This document shows positions 26,601-38,409 of a DNA stretch of 64,000 bases, in pieces (positions within the stretch are counted from its first letter, which is position 1; each line of letters starts with the position of its first letter). Source of the DNA: Balanoglossus misakiensis (taxonomy: Eukaryota; Animalia; Hemichordata); the NCBI GenBank assembly GCA_040954595.2, contig CM082591.2, positions 7,864,047 to 7,928,046 on the forward strand, read 5' to 3'. The position numbers and the translations under genes were made by a program. Below the pieces are notes generated by a model. The model worked only from the letters and a program-made list of their open reading frames with translations, had not been told where the DNA came from and ran no database searches.

Positions 26601-29600
26601 CTTTTACCCCCAGTTCCCTCTATAGAGGTCCAACTTTACCATAGAAAAACAATGGGTTTGGACTGAACCATTGTGATGAAGGGTTAATGGATGCACAGTA
26701 AAACCTGTCTAAACCGGACACCAAGGAAAGGACTGAAGAAAAAGTTCGGTTTGCAGAGGTGTCCGGTTTATAGAGGTTCTTTCAACATGTGGTTCTATGT
26801 CCAAGGTTCAGGAAAATGTGTTCGGTATAGACAGGTTTCCAGATTAGACAGAGTTCGGTTTAGACAGGTTTTACTGTATTTGTTTAAGATATAACTGAAT
26901 ATTATTACATTGTTTCTAGGTTTGCAGGTTGTCTACTTCAATCTGACTGCGGTTTATGGTGGCGGTTCCATCACTGGTGGCAAATATGATCCAAGTCCTG
27001 TCGTTCGCACTGCGACTATCAGTAACAAATTCAAGACTGTACATTTACTTGCATATGGAGGATACAATACCACTAATGTTACAATCTATCTGGAGGGTAA
27101 AAATGCTCAGGAAGACTTGGTTGAGGTGAGTGAGTACGCATGCAGATACATGTAGTCTAGACTTGTGGGGGGGGGGGTTCACTTTGCTTACTCCACACAC
27201 AGTCTAGCATTTCGGTCTTTATTTTTTGAATTTTTGCTATTTCCATTTCAAAGGACTCCAACCATGGCAACTCAGGTCACTGATATTGAGCAACACCCAT
27301 GCTCATTAATTCAGCCAATCAGTAGTACCGGTAGATCAGGTTGTAATTGACTTCTAAGAGGTCATGATCATAATGGTGAGCAGTGACCTGAGTTGCCATG
27401 GTGGGAACCCTTTGACATACGAATAGCAAAATTGTGGGCTCTCTTCTGGCCGCCAAAAAACTGTCGGGGGAAATCCCATAGAAAAATCTCCGAGCAAAGA
27501 TGGCCGACTTGAGGTAAAGGCAATGCATGATGGTTACAGCCTCAAACTTTAAAAAAAATGCTGAGAAGTGCTGGACCTGCTGAAACTGTCCACAAAATGA
27601 AGAGAGGGAGAAGTTTCGTAAATAGTTTTCTACTATTATAATACCAGAATATATTGTCATATCATAATATGAAATGTCATGTGGGCCATTCCATAGAGTT
27701 GCCCTCGCTTATACTAGTCATTGTTTCTTTCAGATGACCTTTAACGTGACCATACAGACCAACCCAGCCAAAGGAGCTGTGGTTTCTACTGATTTATTGA
27801 TAATGCAAGAGGAGAAAAAACAAAATGAAACAAACGCTGAAATAAAAGAAGCAACAGATCAAGAGAAACATGAAGACAAAGAAGAATTAATTATTTTTAA
27901 TGATGTACCAGAAGAAGAAAGGTAGATATGCATTATAATCAAGTTACCAATAAAATGTCTAATAAATATGCATTTTTCATATAAAGGTAACCCTACAAAG
28001 ACAACGTGAAAAACGAGACTAGTAGGTCACAGATTAAAATCTTTATCGTTTTTTGTATCGTCGCTATACATGTAGTTGGCTCTTGTGTAGTTCGCGAAAA
28101 TTAATCGTTCGCGAATATTCCCATTTTACAGTATCGTTCTAATACTTGGTGTTTCATAATGCAGGATTAGGTGAGGTAAGCATGGTTAAAAGTCATGCAA
28201 TATGGAAAAATGACATTTACTTTGTTTTTAACCCTTTCACCCCCAATTCCGTCTACAGAGATCCAACCTTACCATAGAAAAGAATAGGTTAGGACTGAAC
28301 CATGGTGGTGAAAGGGTTAAACAATAAATACAAAATTGTGGTTACTGCCCACATAACTGTAGGTATATCATAAAGCTGTTTTTTGTTTCTGATATTCTGA
28401 TATTGATGGACTGTGATGCAATTTATATTTTTACAGGGGTCCTAGAGCAAAAACCTTATCAAAGATAACTGGTGCTAATTTAGATGCTGATGTAAATAAT
28501 CTTCTGAAAGAAATGCCTTTAGAACTGTCATGGGTTTTACAAGAACTTCACAGAGAAGTTGATGTTGGTAAGTATTGTCATGGGAATTTATAGCTCTCAC
28601 AGCGAACACCGAAGGGGGCTGCGAAACTGCTCACTGAGACGCATGCGTCAATTTTACCATTACAATAAGATTTTTGTTGTTGATTAAAATGTTTCTTATG
28701 CTCAGCGCCATATTGTTAGTCTCTCTCCAAGCAGAATTCTTATTGCGTTGATCAACCAATCGACAAGGCTATGGGAATGCAAAGTAGGCACTCAACACCG
28801 CATGAGTCTTAGCGAGCCAGAGACATACGCACTGTATCAGTCTGAACATCTACTGAGGTCATCAACGAGAACTATAAACGTCTCGATCGAGAAGCAATGA
28901 GAAGTAATGTGCCATGCTCAAGGACACAACACCACAGCCATGCTGGGGCTTGAACCCATGATCATGAGTCTATTGCTCCACTGGACTATGATGCCTTTCA
29001 GATAATTTGTTATGGATCTTTTCATGTCCAGCTTCATACTCAGGCATGCCTGAATCAATTCCATTCAAATGTACATTACTTCTCATCACACAGGTGATCT
29101 GACTGAAAAGGGATTTGAAAAGAAGAAAATGAACATTCTACACACTTATATCAAAACAGGAGAGTTACCATGGACACCGTTTATTCCTGAGAAAAATGAA
29201 AGGAATGAAAAAGAAAACGGGGAAAATGAGGATAAAAATAATCTTGTGAATAAATTAGGACAGTTAAGTCGTGAACATATGCAAGAGTTGCGTCAAGAAG
29301 ATGGTGATGTGAAATTGAAAGATGAAAACCAGATGATATTGCAGAATGTTGACAAACAACAGGATATATTGCAGAATGTTGACAAACAACAGGATGTATT
29401 GCAGAATGTTGACAAACAACAGAATATTTTGCAGAACAAACAACAGGATATATTGCAGAACAAACAACAGGATATATTGCAGAATGTTGACAAACAACAG
29501 GATATATTGCAGAATGTTGACAAACAACAGGATATATTGCAGAATGTTGACAAACAACAGGATATATTGCAGAACAAACAACAGGATATATTGCAGAATG

Positions 29601-32600
29601 TTGACAAACAACAGGATATATTGCAGAATGTTGACAAACAACAAGATGTTTTGCATCATGTACACAAGCAAGATCTGAAGGTTAATCAAAGTGTGGATGT
29701 TCAAGAAGACACAAAGAAAATTTTTAAACAAAAAATAGACTTGAGGATAGCAGAAGATGAACCACTTGTGAAAAAACAAAAGTTTGAAAATAATGGAGGA
29801 TTGGAGCAACAAGAGAAATATGAACAAGAAAATAACAAAGTTCATTCCAGGAAAGTAAACAGTTTATTTAGAAACGATGAGTTAAGAGTTAAACTCAGAA
29901 AGTTGGAACTGAACCCTGAAGTTGGTGAAAATCCTGAGTTTGAGGAATTGAATCAACAAGACGTACACAGAAACAGTAACAGTCCAAAGGCATCAAGCCG
30001 AGATGAAATTATTGGAGGATTGCAAAAACTGAAATTGGCAGCAAATATCAGTAGAAGCAAAATGGACAATTATGAAAGAGCTGATTGGCAGAAGAGAACA
30101 CTTTTAAATGTTGATAGCGAAGACTTGAAGGAACTCATGATAGCAAATGATGACATTATAAGAAAGAGGAGTTTTCTACCTTGGGAGAAGCTAGACACAA
30201 TCAGAAATGTAAAGGTAAATATGTTGTAATTGCAAACAAATTTGCATATCCTGGAAAAAAATAAACGATGGGTATTTTGGGAGCGACTTTTTTTTTCAAA
30301 TACCGCAATTTCGGCACTTCTGGTTACCGTCAACATAGTGTGTGTGCGAGATTTGGGTGTACACTGGAATATATACTGGGTCGTCTTTATCTTTCATTCA
30401 AAGCGTTACCAGTTGCTGGATTTTACATTGAAATTATCAATTTATTAGGCCAAGTAAAAAATATGTGCTGTTCCGATTTCATGGTTTTCAAAAATAGGGT
30501 AGGTAGGTGGGAATATTTTTTATTTTGCAATTTTTTTTGACCACCGTAGTGTAGAAGAATGATGTCATAGTTCTTGCGTGATTCTCGCAATTTTCATAAA
30601 TTTTGTATATATTTTTTTTACTTCCGGGTTTACGAAGCTCTCAAAAGTTTAGGGTTGGCGGGCTAAAATTAGGGTAGGTCGGGTAATCGGAACAGCACAT
30701 TTTTTTTTATTTGGCCTTACTAGCGTTTTTTATCAAACGCACTATTTTAGCAAAATTTAGTGTAAACATATATGTAGAGGCCTCATTGACAGGATTCGCA
30801 AATTATTTCTCAACAGACGACGGAAATCATGGATAGCAACTCTTCATATGCGGTCGACAGTAGAGTCGGTCGTCGATTGCTGGACACTTTTGGAGACTCG
30901 CTGAGACATGTCAACAAACTTTTTAATAAGAAATTTGGTTACTCAGCTCGTAAAGTACCAGCGCATATGCCGCACATGGTAGATGTGGAAGTTATGAAAG
31001 AGTTACATGACAGGTAGGTACCATACCGTAAAACACTTTATTTTTGCGAGTTGAAATTTTGACGATATTGAGAGAGGCCACTGTTTCGTGAGTATTAATT
31101 TTCGCGTTCTCTTATTTCATTCACTGCATCATTATCTTTTAAAAAAAATTACGCAACTTTTTATTTTCACGCTATTTTGGCTCTCGCGTATTTCGCGAAA
31201 ATTTATTGCTCGCGGAAATAAAGTGTTTTACAGTATATACTTTGGTGAGACCATCAACTTGTCGTTTATGTGTCGTGATCATGGTTGACTCTGAATTTCC
31301 GATAGTGTCAGGTTTGCAACACATTGTTGCCAACTTTACATAATTGACAAGGTTATCAAAACAGCATGTGTTATATTACTTGGTGTATCAATGACTTGCT
31401 GATGGAGAGGACGTCTGCTGTGACACTAGTATTTAAATAACAGTGCAAAATTCTTGAGGGACATCATTCATGTTTGTAAAAACAGTATTGGTTTTAGCGA
31501 GGCTCCTCTGTAGTGTACATACAGACGCACCCGATCCCAAAAGGTCTCACTGATATATAGATATAAGAATTGTCATATAAGTGCATTATGGTGACTGCAT
31601 GTCATCGTGTATGGAGTTGGTGGTTGTCACGGTTTCAGAGAATGATCCTTAAGGCCTGTTGTGTTTTAACATAGATTCTGAACAAGCTGCCATAAATCGT
31701 AAGCATTTTTTGCTGCCTCGGAGGAGGGGGGGGGACCGTTCAGGTTTCTTATATCCAAATGTTCGTAATAACAGTGTTTGTTAGAGCCAGGCTTCAATGC
31801 AGTTGATTGATGCACTTCTTTTTGTGTTCCAGTTTTCCGGAAGAATTTGACAAGACGTCACAACATCAAGTGAGACATTCAGAAGATATGCAATTTGCTT
31901 TCTCCTACATGTACTTCATGATGAGCCAGACAATGGACCAGAACATATCAGATATATTTGATGAGTACGACACCGACCATTCAGGGTAAATATCTTCATT
32001 CCTTTCTGTACTTCAAATATTTACTGTAAAATGAGAAATTTTGCGAACAAGATGTTTTTGCGATATCAACAGAGGGGACTGTTTCACGACGATTAATTTT
32101 CAATAACTGCATTGTCAAAATTCGCAACAATTAATTTTTCGCATTTATTCTGGCTCCCATGAAGTTAGCAAAAATTTATCGTTCGCGAAAATTTCCCACT
32201 TTGCGGTATGTTTTCCACTGTTTTAGACCAAAACATTTTTGTCAGCTGGGGCATGGGCCGATGTAGACTCTAAGGCAGTCGCTGTGCCTGTCGACAAGGA
32301 ATGGAACTTTCATTCTGTGTACGACGCGCCACCAGGCAAAGCGACTGTACGTTTCTGTTCACATATATTTGATATGAATATTCATAGTAAAGAATTATTG
32401 TACTGCACAGGAACACGTATACACTAATGAATTCTTTGTTGCATTCACCAGGGCTTTGTCAGATCGTGAGATTCGCACAATGGCAGCCAAGATATATGAA
32501 CTGCCCATAGATCTTTCAACACTGACTGGTTTAGAGACAATCATGAAAGACTGTGCTCAACTTCTCCCCAAAGAGATGGTCGTAGAATCACCAACATCAG

Positions 32601-35600
32601 AACAATATTATGACAAAGAAATGGTAAGAAAGCTACAAACAACTGTATTCAAGCCCCATGAGCTGCAACTTTGGGGGATAATTAGGCCAAATAAAAAATA
32701 TGTGCTGTTCCGATTACCCGACCTACCCTAATTTTAAGCCGCCGACCCAAAATTTTTAGAGCTTCGTAAACCCGGAAGTAAAAATAACAATGTCAAATAT
32801 ACAAAATTTATGAAAATTGTGAGAATCACGCAAGAACTATGATGTCATTCTTCTACACTACTGTAGCAAAGATATAAAAAGTAATTGCAAAATAAAAAGA
32901 TTTCCCTACCTATCTACCCTATTTTTGAAAGCCATGTAATCGGAACAGCATGTATATATTTTTTATTTGGCCTTATCATAAATTTTTTTCTCAAACTTTA
33001 CTACCCTTAACCCATGCAGATGTATGCACTGAAGTCTATGCAAGTACTATTAACCCTTAAGTATGAGTGCATATGCAAGTTTTATGAACCCCATTGTATA
33101 GGTACATTTGCAAGTTTTATCCAGACAAATATATAAAGTGGTGCTGCAAACGAATATGGCCGCCACCGTGGGAAAACAGAAAATACAATGAAAACATTGC
33201 ATTCTCCACTTTGAAACTTCATATACAAAACATGATCTCATGCATTAAATCACATGGAAGTAAATGTACTCCACTGAGACATAACATTTTTTATTTTTCA
33301 TTGCAATAATTCACAGTTTTTTAAAATTGTTGGAAATTTCAACTGTAATGATATTTCTACAATTTTGTGGCCATTTCGTCAAAAATAAGTGCTATCATGA
33401 TATAGTATCAGGTAATGTCATTTAAATGATAGAATTAAAAGCTTTCCAAGAATATTGCAGATTTTCAATACACATCTTGTTGGTATAAATTTATGTATTT
33501 TAACAGTAGGTGACATACAATCTAACTTCATATGAACTGTTTATTTACAGCCTCTAGTGACAAAGTACTTGGTATTGCATTGTAATCCGCTCATAGAACT
33601 GCTAAATAAAACACATCAAGGGAGACCAAAATACAAGTAAGTTTATCGTTTAAGGGGAAACTTCTTTTTCTTTCAAAATATTTTGGTTATTTTTGCTTAC
33701 ATGAAAATTTAAATCTTACAAGTCTAAGTGCTGAAATTAAAGGTATACGGTCACCTCCAATTTACATATCGCCATATATAGCTGAAATAGCGTATTTGAG
33801 ACTTCTAAACAACATATGGTGGCGCTATTTTTTTGCGTGTGCCACCCACTGAAAATCTGTGATTGGCTAGATCTTAGTTTACCATGGTAACTGTAGCTAT
33901 ATTTGCATAGGTGACCGTATACCTTTAATGTTAATAATAGACACTCGCTCATTCCCCCCCCCCCCCACCCCCTCCCGCCTGCATTTGCAATCTTATCCCC
34001 TAATGTGAACCATTTCCACAGTCACTAAGAGTACTTTAAGTACAACTAGAGTTGAGGGTCTTTTCTAGCATAGACTGAACTTCCCCTTTAATAGCAAACC
34101 CTCTCTAAGTTATTCCCCTTCTTGCTACTTGTCTTCTTGCTACTCAGAAAACCATGAGACTATACTTGTAGTATTTTTGTTCTGTGTACCATATGTAATT
34201 CTTGTTCTACTCCAAACAGCATGCTAATATACCTACTCCATTTGTCAACATAGCCTGTATGTGTGTGTGTAACCCCCATTGTTATTGTTTACAAATGAAT
34301 TCTAGTCCGGACTTAAATTCACATTTTGCACAATAGCAATGCTGACTATATGCACATAGGTTGTGTTGGGCATTTCACCATGTTTCAGGAAACTGCAGTA
34401 GATACACAAAACAAACATAGAAATTATAGCAAAAAAGTTACAGCTTATGGAGCTTTAAATTTTTTTTATATCTCTTCATGTATCTATTGTGAATAATTTG
34501 TCTCTAAAATTTATTCTTCCTTTGTCAGACATGAGATCCTTGGAGATGAAGAAGTCGCTTTTAAAATGATCAGAACTAATGTTTCTCACGTCGTTGGTCA
34601 GTTAGATGATATCCGAAGAAATCCAAAGTAAGTGGATATTTTCATATTTTTGGCAAACCTTTAAAGGGCCATGATCTACTTATGCGCATGTGTTAAACCA
34701 GAGACTCTGGTTACGGGCGATAGAAATTATTGAGGTCATGCTATTTTATGAGTAATGCTTAAATTTAGCAACTAATGTAAAATAATGCAGTATTCTTTAT
34801 CAATCTTTTTTTTTCTGTAAACGTAAACATTTCATGGAGTTTGTCTGAAAAATAATCATAGCGAATGTTCATGCACTAAATTATCTTATTTTGACTGTGT
34901 TACATGCAAAATTTCATGAAAATGACAATTATAGTAGAAGTGCACGTGGATTTTCTAACAGTTCTTTATGCGACCATATTGAAAGAGACAAATTCCATGT
35001 ATTCATGGAGAGTTTTATCTTTGCTTCTCTGAGACTGACTGACAATTTGGCAAAAATATAAACATTAAGCTCTCGTTTGGTATATGCATATAATGGTAGT
35101 GTTCTGCGTGTGTGTTTATGTGACAGTGTGTATGTGTGTGTGTGTGTGTGCATGTGCATCAGTGTGTATGTGCGTATTGCCTATGTACATTATACTGGTA
35201 TACGGTATATGTGATGGTCGTATGTGCAGGGTGTATGTATATACAAATTAATAAACATGCATGTAATGTATTAACGCAAGTCTTTTCGTTCTCTGCAAAA
35301 TCCTGACCTCTTCACAAATCACAGTCTTTGATGTGAAGATGCAACATCAGGGTTTAGTTGGAGTGAATGTTTGAATGAATAATTCCAATTTAGAAAATAT
35401 GAAAATAGGCATAAACATGAAAAATATAAAAAAAAAACTATTTTCATCTTTTTGGTACCAGAAATATAAGGGCATGTAACATGTTACTTATCTCTCTTGC
35501 TTACAGAAAATTTATTTGTCTAAATGACAATATAGAACATAACAAGAAAGCTGCCGAAACAGTCAAAGCTGTTCTCCACGATTTTTATGAATCATTATTT

Positions 35601-37282
35601 CCAATCCAGTCACAGTTTGAGCTTCCAAGAGAATACAGAAACAGATTCCTTACAATGGATGAACTTAATGAATGGTGAGTTTACACTCTAACCTTTGACC
35701 CTGCATTACTACCAGTATGTGCTAAACACATTTTCAAAAAAAGAAATTCATTCATGACTGTAATGTCCCCACCCGATTGAAGATGTAAGTCTAATTGACA
35801 ATATTGCCTTATAGTTAATATTCCATGAAACTTTAAAGGGACAGAGTCTCTCTTTCGCTGCCCATTTTCATTAATTATGTTTGACGGTTTTTGTTATTCT
35901 ACATGTGGATATATAGAGAATCAACATTCCCCCACACAACTTCTATACCGCTTGTAGATATGAGAGTAAAAAACTTGCATTGAGTGCAGTTTATGCAAGG
36001 TCAATTGATGTGCAAGGGGCAGAGTTTTCACAGAACAAGAAAAAATACATCTACTATCTGATACAGTGTACTACAGATCTGTATATTAGAGGTACACAGT
36101 CACCTCCAATATACATTATGGCAAAATGGCATGTCTGAGTTTTCTAAAGAACATATGGTGGCACTCTTTATTTTAGCATGTGTCATGGAAGGAAAATCTG
36201 TGATTGGCTACTTCTCAGTTTGCCATGGTGACCGTAGCTAAATTTCCATAGCTGACTGGATACCTTTAACACATCACATTAAAGACTAGAGATGAGAATA
36301 TACATGTATCACTACATGTATGTACTGTGTACATTTATTGTTTTGATGTCTTGTTTGTTGCAGGAGACGTTATCGGGATTGGTTGAGATTCTGGACACAT
36401 CTGTCAATTGCTTGCCTTATTATTTTTTCACTAGCTTCATTTTGTTCACACCAGGTGAGTTGTTCAGAAGGGAATGCCATTCTCTGTTTTAGAGTTAATA
36501 ATTGCAAAATGTGGTTCAAAAGTTGTCTGCAAAACACCAGTTTTCCCCAACTTTCATTTATGCACAGCAGTTGAGAGCTGATGAGCCTTATTATTTTTTC
36601 ACTAGCTTCATTTTGTTCACACCAGGTGAGTTGTTCAGAAGGGAATGCCATTCTCTGTTTTAGAGTTAATAATTGCAAAATGTGGTTCAAAAGTTGTCTG
36701 AAAAACACCAGTTTTCCCCAACTTTCATTTATGCACAGCAGTCTATGGAGCTGTTGCATCATCTCCGAGTACATGACGTCAAAACAAGGTCAATAGGTCA
36801 CAGAGTAAAAAGTCTTATATATCGTCGTTATAGGTTCGACAGCCACATTATACTATAAGGTAAGTTTTACACGCAAAGTGTATCATATATAGAACAAACC
36901 AGACGAGCTGGAGCAGTTCTCTGTGACCTATTTGCCTCGTTTTCACTCCGTCTCCTTGGAGATGATGCAATGTTTTGGAAGAGCGCCCTCTTTATGCAAA
37001 AAGACGTATTGCCATGACATTTCATTGGTACGTTTTATATTTAGTGATTGTTTGTTGTTCAGATTGACCTCTAACCTCTCCTCATTCTACACCACCTTCA
37101 TGATTATGTACTTGAATATACAATTTACAATTTCTGTTTTGGATTTTGATATGAAGAAATCATTAATATGGTGTGTATTTGTATTTTTGTTTCAGCTCAT
37201 GGTTTTAAAGAGAAAATTTTGTCCTGAAAGAAGGCCAAATATTCGAAGGAATTCACAAACAGAGCAGATGTCACAAGTATGA
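14547..37282 (+). CDS. GNPTAB: N-acetylglucosamine-1-phosphotransferase subunits alpha/beta precursor, 27 coding exons, ~1440 aa
   Basis: [15 protein letters not shown]-tail plus TM; Stealth motifs ([52 protein letters not shown]); two Notch/LNR repeats; DMAP-binding GDLTEKG; [11 protein letters not shown] site; EF hand; C-terminal TM. All exon phases join in frame. Confidence 0.97.
15419..15504 (+). CDS. GNPTAB: GNPTAB exon 2
   Basis: [33 protein letters not shown]. Confidence 0.92.
15745..16055. mobile_element. Foldback MITE family A copy (diverged)
   Basis: Family A TIRs and TTAA flanks. Confidence 0.75.
16709..16873 (+). CDS. GNPTAB: GNPTAB exon 3 (Stealth CR1)
   Basis: [18 protein letters not shown]. 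Confidence 0.92.
17112..17277. mobile_element. Tc1/mariner(pogo)-type MITE
   Basis: TA-CAGTCGAACCTGT...ACAGGTTTGACTG-TA. Confidence 0.7.
17497..17696 (+). CDS. GNPTAB: GNPTAB exon 4
   Basis: [18 protein letters not shown], phase-compatible AG/GT. Confidence 0.85.
18476..18837. mobile_element. Foldback MITE family A copy
   Basis: Family A TIRs and TTAA flanks. Confidence 0.85.
18928..18995 (+). CDS. GNPTAB: GNPTAB exon 5
   Basis: [22 protein letters not shown], phase-compatible AG/GT. Confidence 0.75.
19425..19517. mobile_element. ~90-bp piggyBac-type MITE (other copies about 26256-26348, 26596-26687, 28228-28320, 50005-50097)
   Basis: TTAA-CCCTTTCA...TGAAAG(G/A)G-TTAA termini. Confidence 0.7.
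19611..19742 (+). CDS. GNPTAB: GNPTAB exon 6
   Basis: [26 protein letters not shown]. Confidence 0.8.
19960..20260. repeat. Dispersed repeat family (other copies about 23395-23670 and inverted 36780-37010)
   Basis: Shared GGGCGC..TTCCAAAACATTG..TCATCTCCAAG...TAGGTCACAGA block. Confidence 0.7.
20389..20466 (+). CDS. GNPTAB: GNPTAB exon 7
   Basis: [20 protein letters not shown]. Confidence 0.8.
20551..20867. mobile_element. piggyBac-type MITE (~317 bp)
   Basis: TTAA-CCC...GG-TTAA ends; inverted copy at 24822-25138. Confidence 0.7.
21286..21357 (+). CDS. GNPTAB: GNPTAB exon 8 (alternative in-frame acceptor at 21274 possible)
   Basis: [28 protein letters not shown]. Confidence 0.7.
21908..21958 (+). 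CDS. GNPTAB: GNPTAB exon 9
   Basis: [17 protein letters not shown]. Confidence 0.9.
22657..22788 (+). CDS. GNPTAB: GNPTAB exon 10 (Stealth CR2)
   Basis: [31 protein letters not shown]. Confidence 0.95.
22942..23090 (+). repeat. 74-bp tandem duplication in an intron
   Basis: TAACACACCATGCAG...GTCATTTC x2. Confidence 0.85.
23210..23380 (+). CDS. GNPTAB: GNPTAB exon 11 (Stealth CR2), GC donor
   Basis: [20 protein letters not shown]...HSNGQK. Confidence 0.93.
23929..24052 (+). CDS. GNPTAB: GNPTAB exon 12 (Notch/LNR 1)
   Basis: [29 protein letters not shown]. Confidence 0.95.
24734..24784 (+). CDS. GNPTAB: GNPTAB exon 13
   Basis: [16 protein letters not shown], phase 1-1, AG/GT. Confidence 0.7.
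24822..25138. mobile_element. piggyBac-type MITE, inverted copy of 20551-20867
   Basis: TTAA-CCC...GGG-TTAA ends and sequence match. Confidence 0.7.
25287..25342 (+). CDS. GNPTAB: GNPTAB exon 14 (Notch/LNR 2)
   Basis: [18 protein letters not shown]. Confidence 0.92.
25898..26012 (+). CDS. GNPTAB: GNPTAB exon 15
   Basis: [15 protein letters not shown]. Confidence 0.92.
26694..26878. mobile_element. Tc1/mariner(pogo)-type MITE
   Basis: CAGTAAAACCTGTCTAAACC...GGTTTAGACAGGTTTTACTG-TA. Confidence 0.7.
26920..27125 (+). CDS. GNPTAB: GNPTAB exon 16
   Basis: LQVVYFNL...[16 protein letters not shown]. Confidence 0.9.
27734..27921 (+). CDS. GNPTAB: GNPTAB exon 17
   Basis: MTFNVTIQT...FNDVPEEER. 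Confidence 0.85.
28437..28567 (+). CDS. GNPTAB: GNPTAB exon 18 (DMAP-binding, first part)
   Basis: GPRAK...[18 protein letters not shown]. Confidence 0.85.
28900..28995 (-). mobile_element. Probable tRNA-derived SINE remnant
   Basis: Reverse-strand B-box-like GGGTTCAAGCCC followed by GTTGTGTCCTTGAGCATGGCAC core-like sequence. Confidence 0.45.
29094..30214 (+). CDS. GNPTAB: GNPTAB exon 19 (end of DMAP domain and repeat-expanded spacer)
   Basis: [12 protein letters not shown]...SFLPWEK. Confidence 0.9.
29337..29655 (+). repeat. Coding minisatellite of 30- and 24-bp units ([10 protein letters not shown] / ILQNKQQD)
   Basis: About 11 units visible inside the open frame. Confidence 0.95.
30445..30719. 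mobile_element. PIF/Harbinger-type MITE
   Basis: TTA-GGCCAAGTAAAAAATATGTGCTGTTCCGATT...AATCGGAACAGCACAT..TTTGGCC-TTA. Confidence 0.75.
30817..31013 (+). CDS. GNPTAB: GNPTAB exon 20 (S1P site, Stealth CR3)
   Basis: [16 protein letters not shown]...[10 protein letters not shown]. Confidence 0.95.
31024..31236. mobile_element. Tc1/mariner-type MITE (related copy about 32023-32208)
   Basis: TA-CCGTAAAACACTTTA...TAAAGTGTTTTACAG-TA. Confidence 0.7.
31833..31985 (+). CDS. GNPTAB: GNPTAB exon 21
   Basis: [25 protein letters not shown]...DTDHSG. Confidence 0.95.
32452..32623 (+). CDS. GNPTAB: GNPTAB exon 22
   Basis: [18 protein letters not shown]. Confidence 0.93.
32682..32975. mobile_element. PIF/Harbinger-type MITE, inverted copy of 30445-30719
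   Basis: Same TIRs with TTA flanks. Confidence 0.75.
33551..33636 (+). CDS. GNPTAB: GNPTAB exon 23
   Basis: [13 protein letters not shown]...KYK. Confidence 0.9.
33737..33928. mobile_element. TTAA-flanked MITE, Kolobok-like (second copy about 36086-36269)
   Basis: TTAA-AGGTATACGGTCACC...GGTGACCGTATACCT-TTAA. Confidence 0.75.
34529..34627 (+). CDS. GNPTAB: GNPTAB exon 24
   Basis: [26 protein letters not shown]. Confidence 0.95.
35507..35674 (+). CDS. GNPTAB: GNPTAB exon 25 (Stealth CR4)
   Basis: [11 protein letters not shown]...[14 protein letters not shown]. Confidence 0.95.
36364..36454 (+). CDS. GNPTAB: GNPTAB exon 26 (C-terminal TM)
   Basis: [30 protein letters not shown]. Confidence 0.93.
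36414..36741 (+). repeat. 171-bp-period duplication of the 3' half of GNPTAB exon 26 and its splice donor
   Basis: Copies start at 36414 and 36585 and are near-identical. Confidence 0.9.
37196..37282 (+). CDS. GNPTAB: GNPTAB exon 27 (cytoplasmic tail and stop)
   Basis: [13 protein letters not shown]...SQV*. Confidence 0.88.
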   Translation, partial: LMVLKRKFCPERRPNIRRNSQTEQMSQV

Positions 37283-38409
37283 CAAAAAAGTAATTTTTCA
37301 TGTGCATCATTTATTTTGTGTTTTTTACAGTGTTTATTTTGGACTACAGAAAAACTCATCTCAGATATTGTTGTAATTTAAAATGGTCATTTAATGGAAA
37401 AATTGCTGGTAGGACAGGTTGGATATTTCTTAGTTACCCTATCCGGTAGTGAACTTCAAATTTCACTAAATTAGTATTTGGGTTTGGAGTTGACGGTATT
37501 ATATGAAATACTAGTACTTAAAATAAGGCACTGTGATTTCAAACAAAACATTTCAATGTGTCTTGCCCATTTTCAAGAATACTGCCATGTTGTTTGACTC
37601 TAGGAGTCGCAGTATGTGGAAATTTCTCTATTCATTTCAGTTGTCATGGAATCTTACAGAAACATACTGTCATGGCAACTAGTGTATTTATTTTGAGTAT
37701 TGAATGAATGTTATTCAAATGTAACAGTGAAACCAGTTTCAGTTTTAGAACGAATTTTATTCAAGCTCCACTAATTTGCATTGTTATTGTGCAAAATTTG
37801 AATTCCAGTCAGAATAGAATTAATTTATCAACAATGTCAGTGGCTGTTACACACATGCAGGCTATGTTGACAAGCGGAGTACTGGGTATATCAACTTGCT
37901 GTTTGGAGTAGAACAAGAAATTGAATTTAATACACAGAACAAAAAATCCTGAAAATAATGCTCCTTTCAAATCCAACAGTAAAACCTGAGTTTCAAGTTT
38001 GATTGAGATGACATAGAAATTGCAAATACCATTTATGATGGTGATTGACAGTTTATTTCCCTACAAGAGGAGATTGAATCCTGTCTGATATTTCTAAATG
38101 TTATAACACAAGTTCTCCTGTTTTTGTTCAGGTGAATGACTAGACGTTTGCAGACTTTACAGGCCGAGATCAAAGTGAGAACTGAACTGCTACCAATGTC
38201 AACATTCCAGGGAATTGCATGACGTGCCATAAAAACTGTTTTCATACAGAAGATTTTCTCTTTGAAAATTCAAATGACCTGTTGTTATGGTTACCAGAAC
38301 TCAGAGGTCGTGATGAGATTTTTGGCTGCACATATTTTTGACGTGTCCATAGAAACAGTCGCGTCAAAATAACGTGTCAGTTTGAGGTAATGGCCCGTTT
38401 ATTTGAACA

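Noticed and set aside
29264-29845. Alternative-frame and antisense ORFs over GNPTAB exon 19
   Set aside because: Produced by the 30/24-bp minisatellite; no independent support
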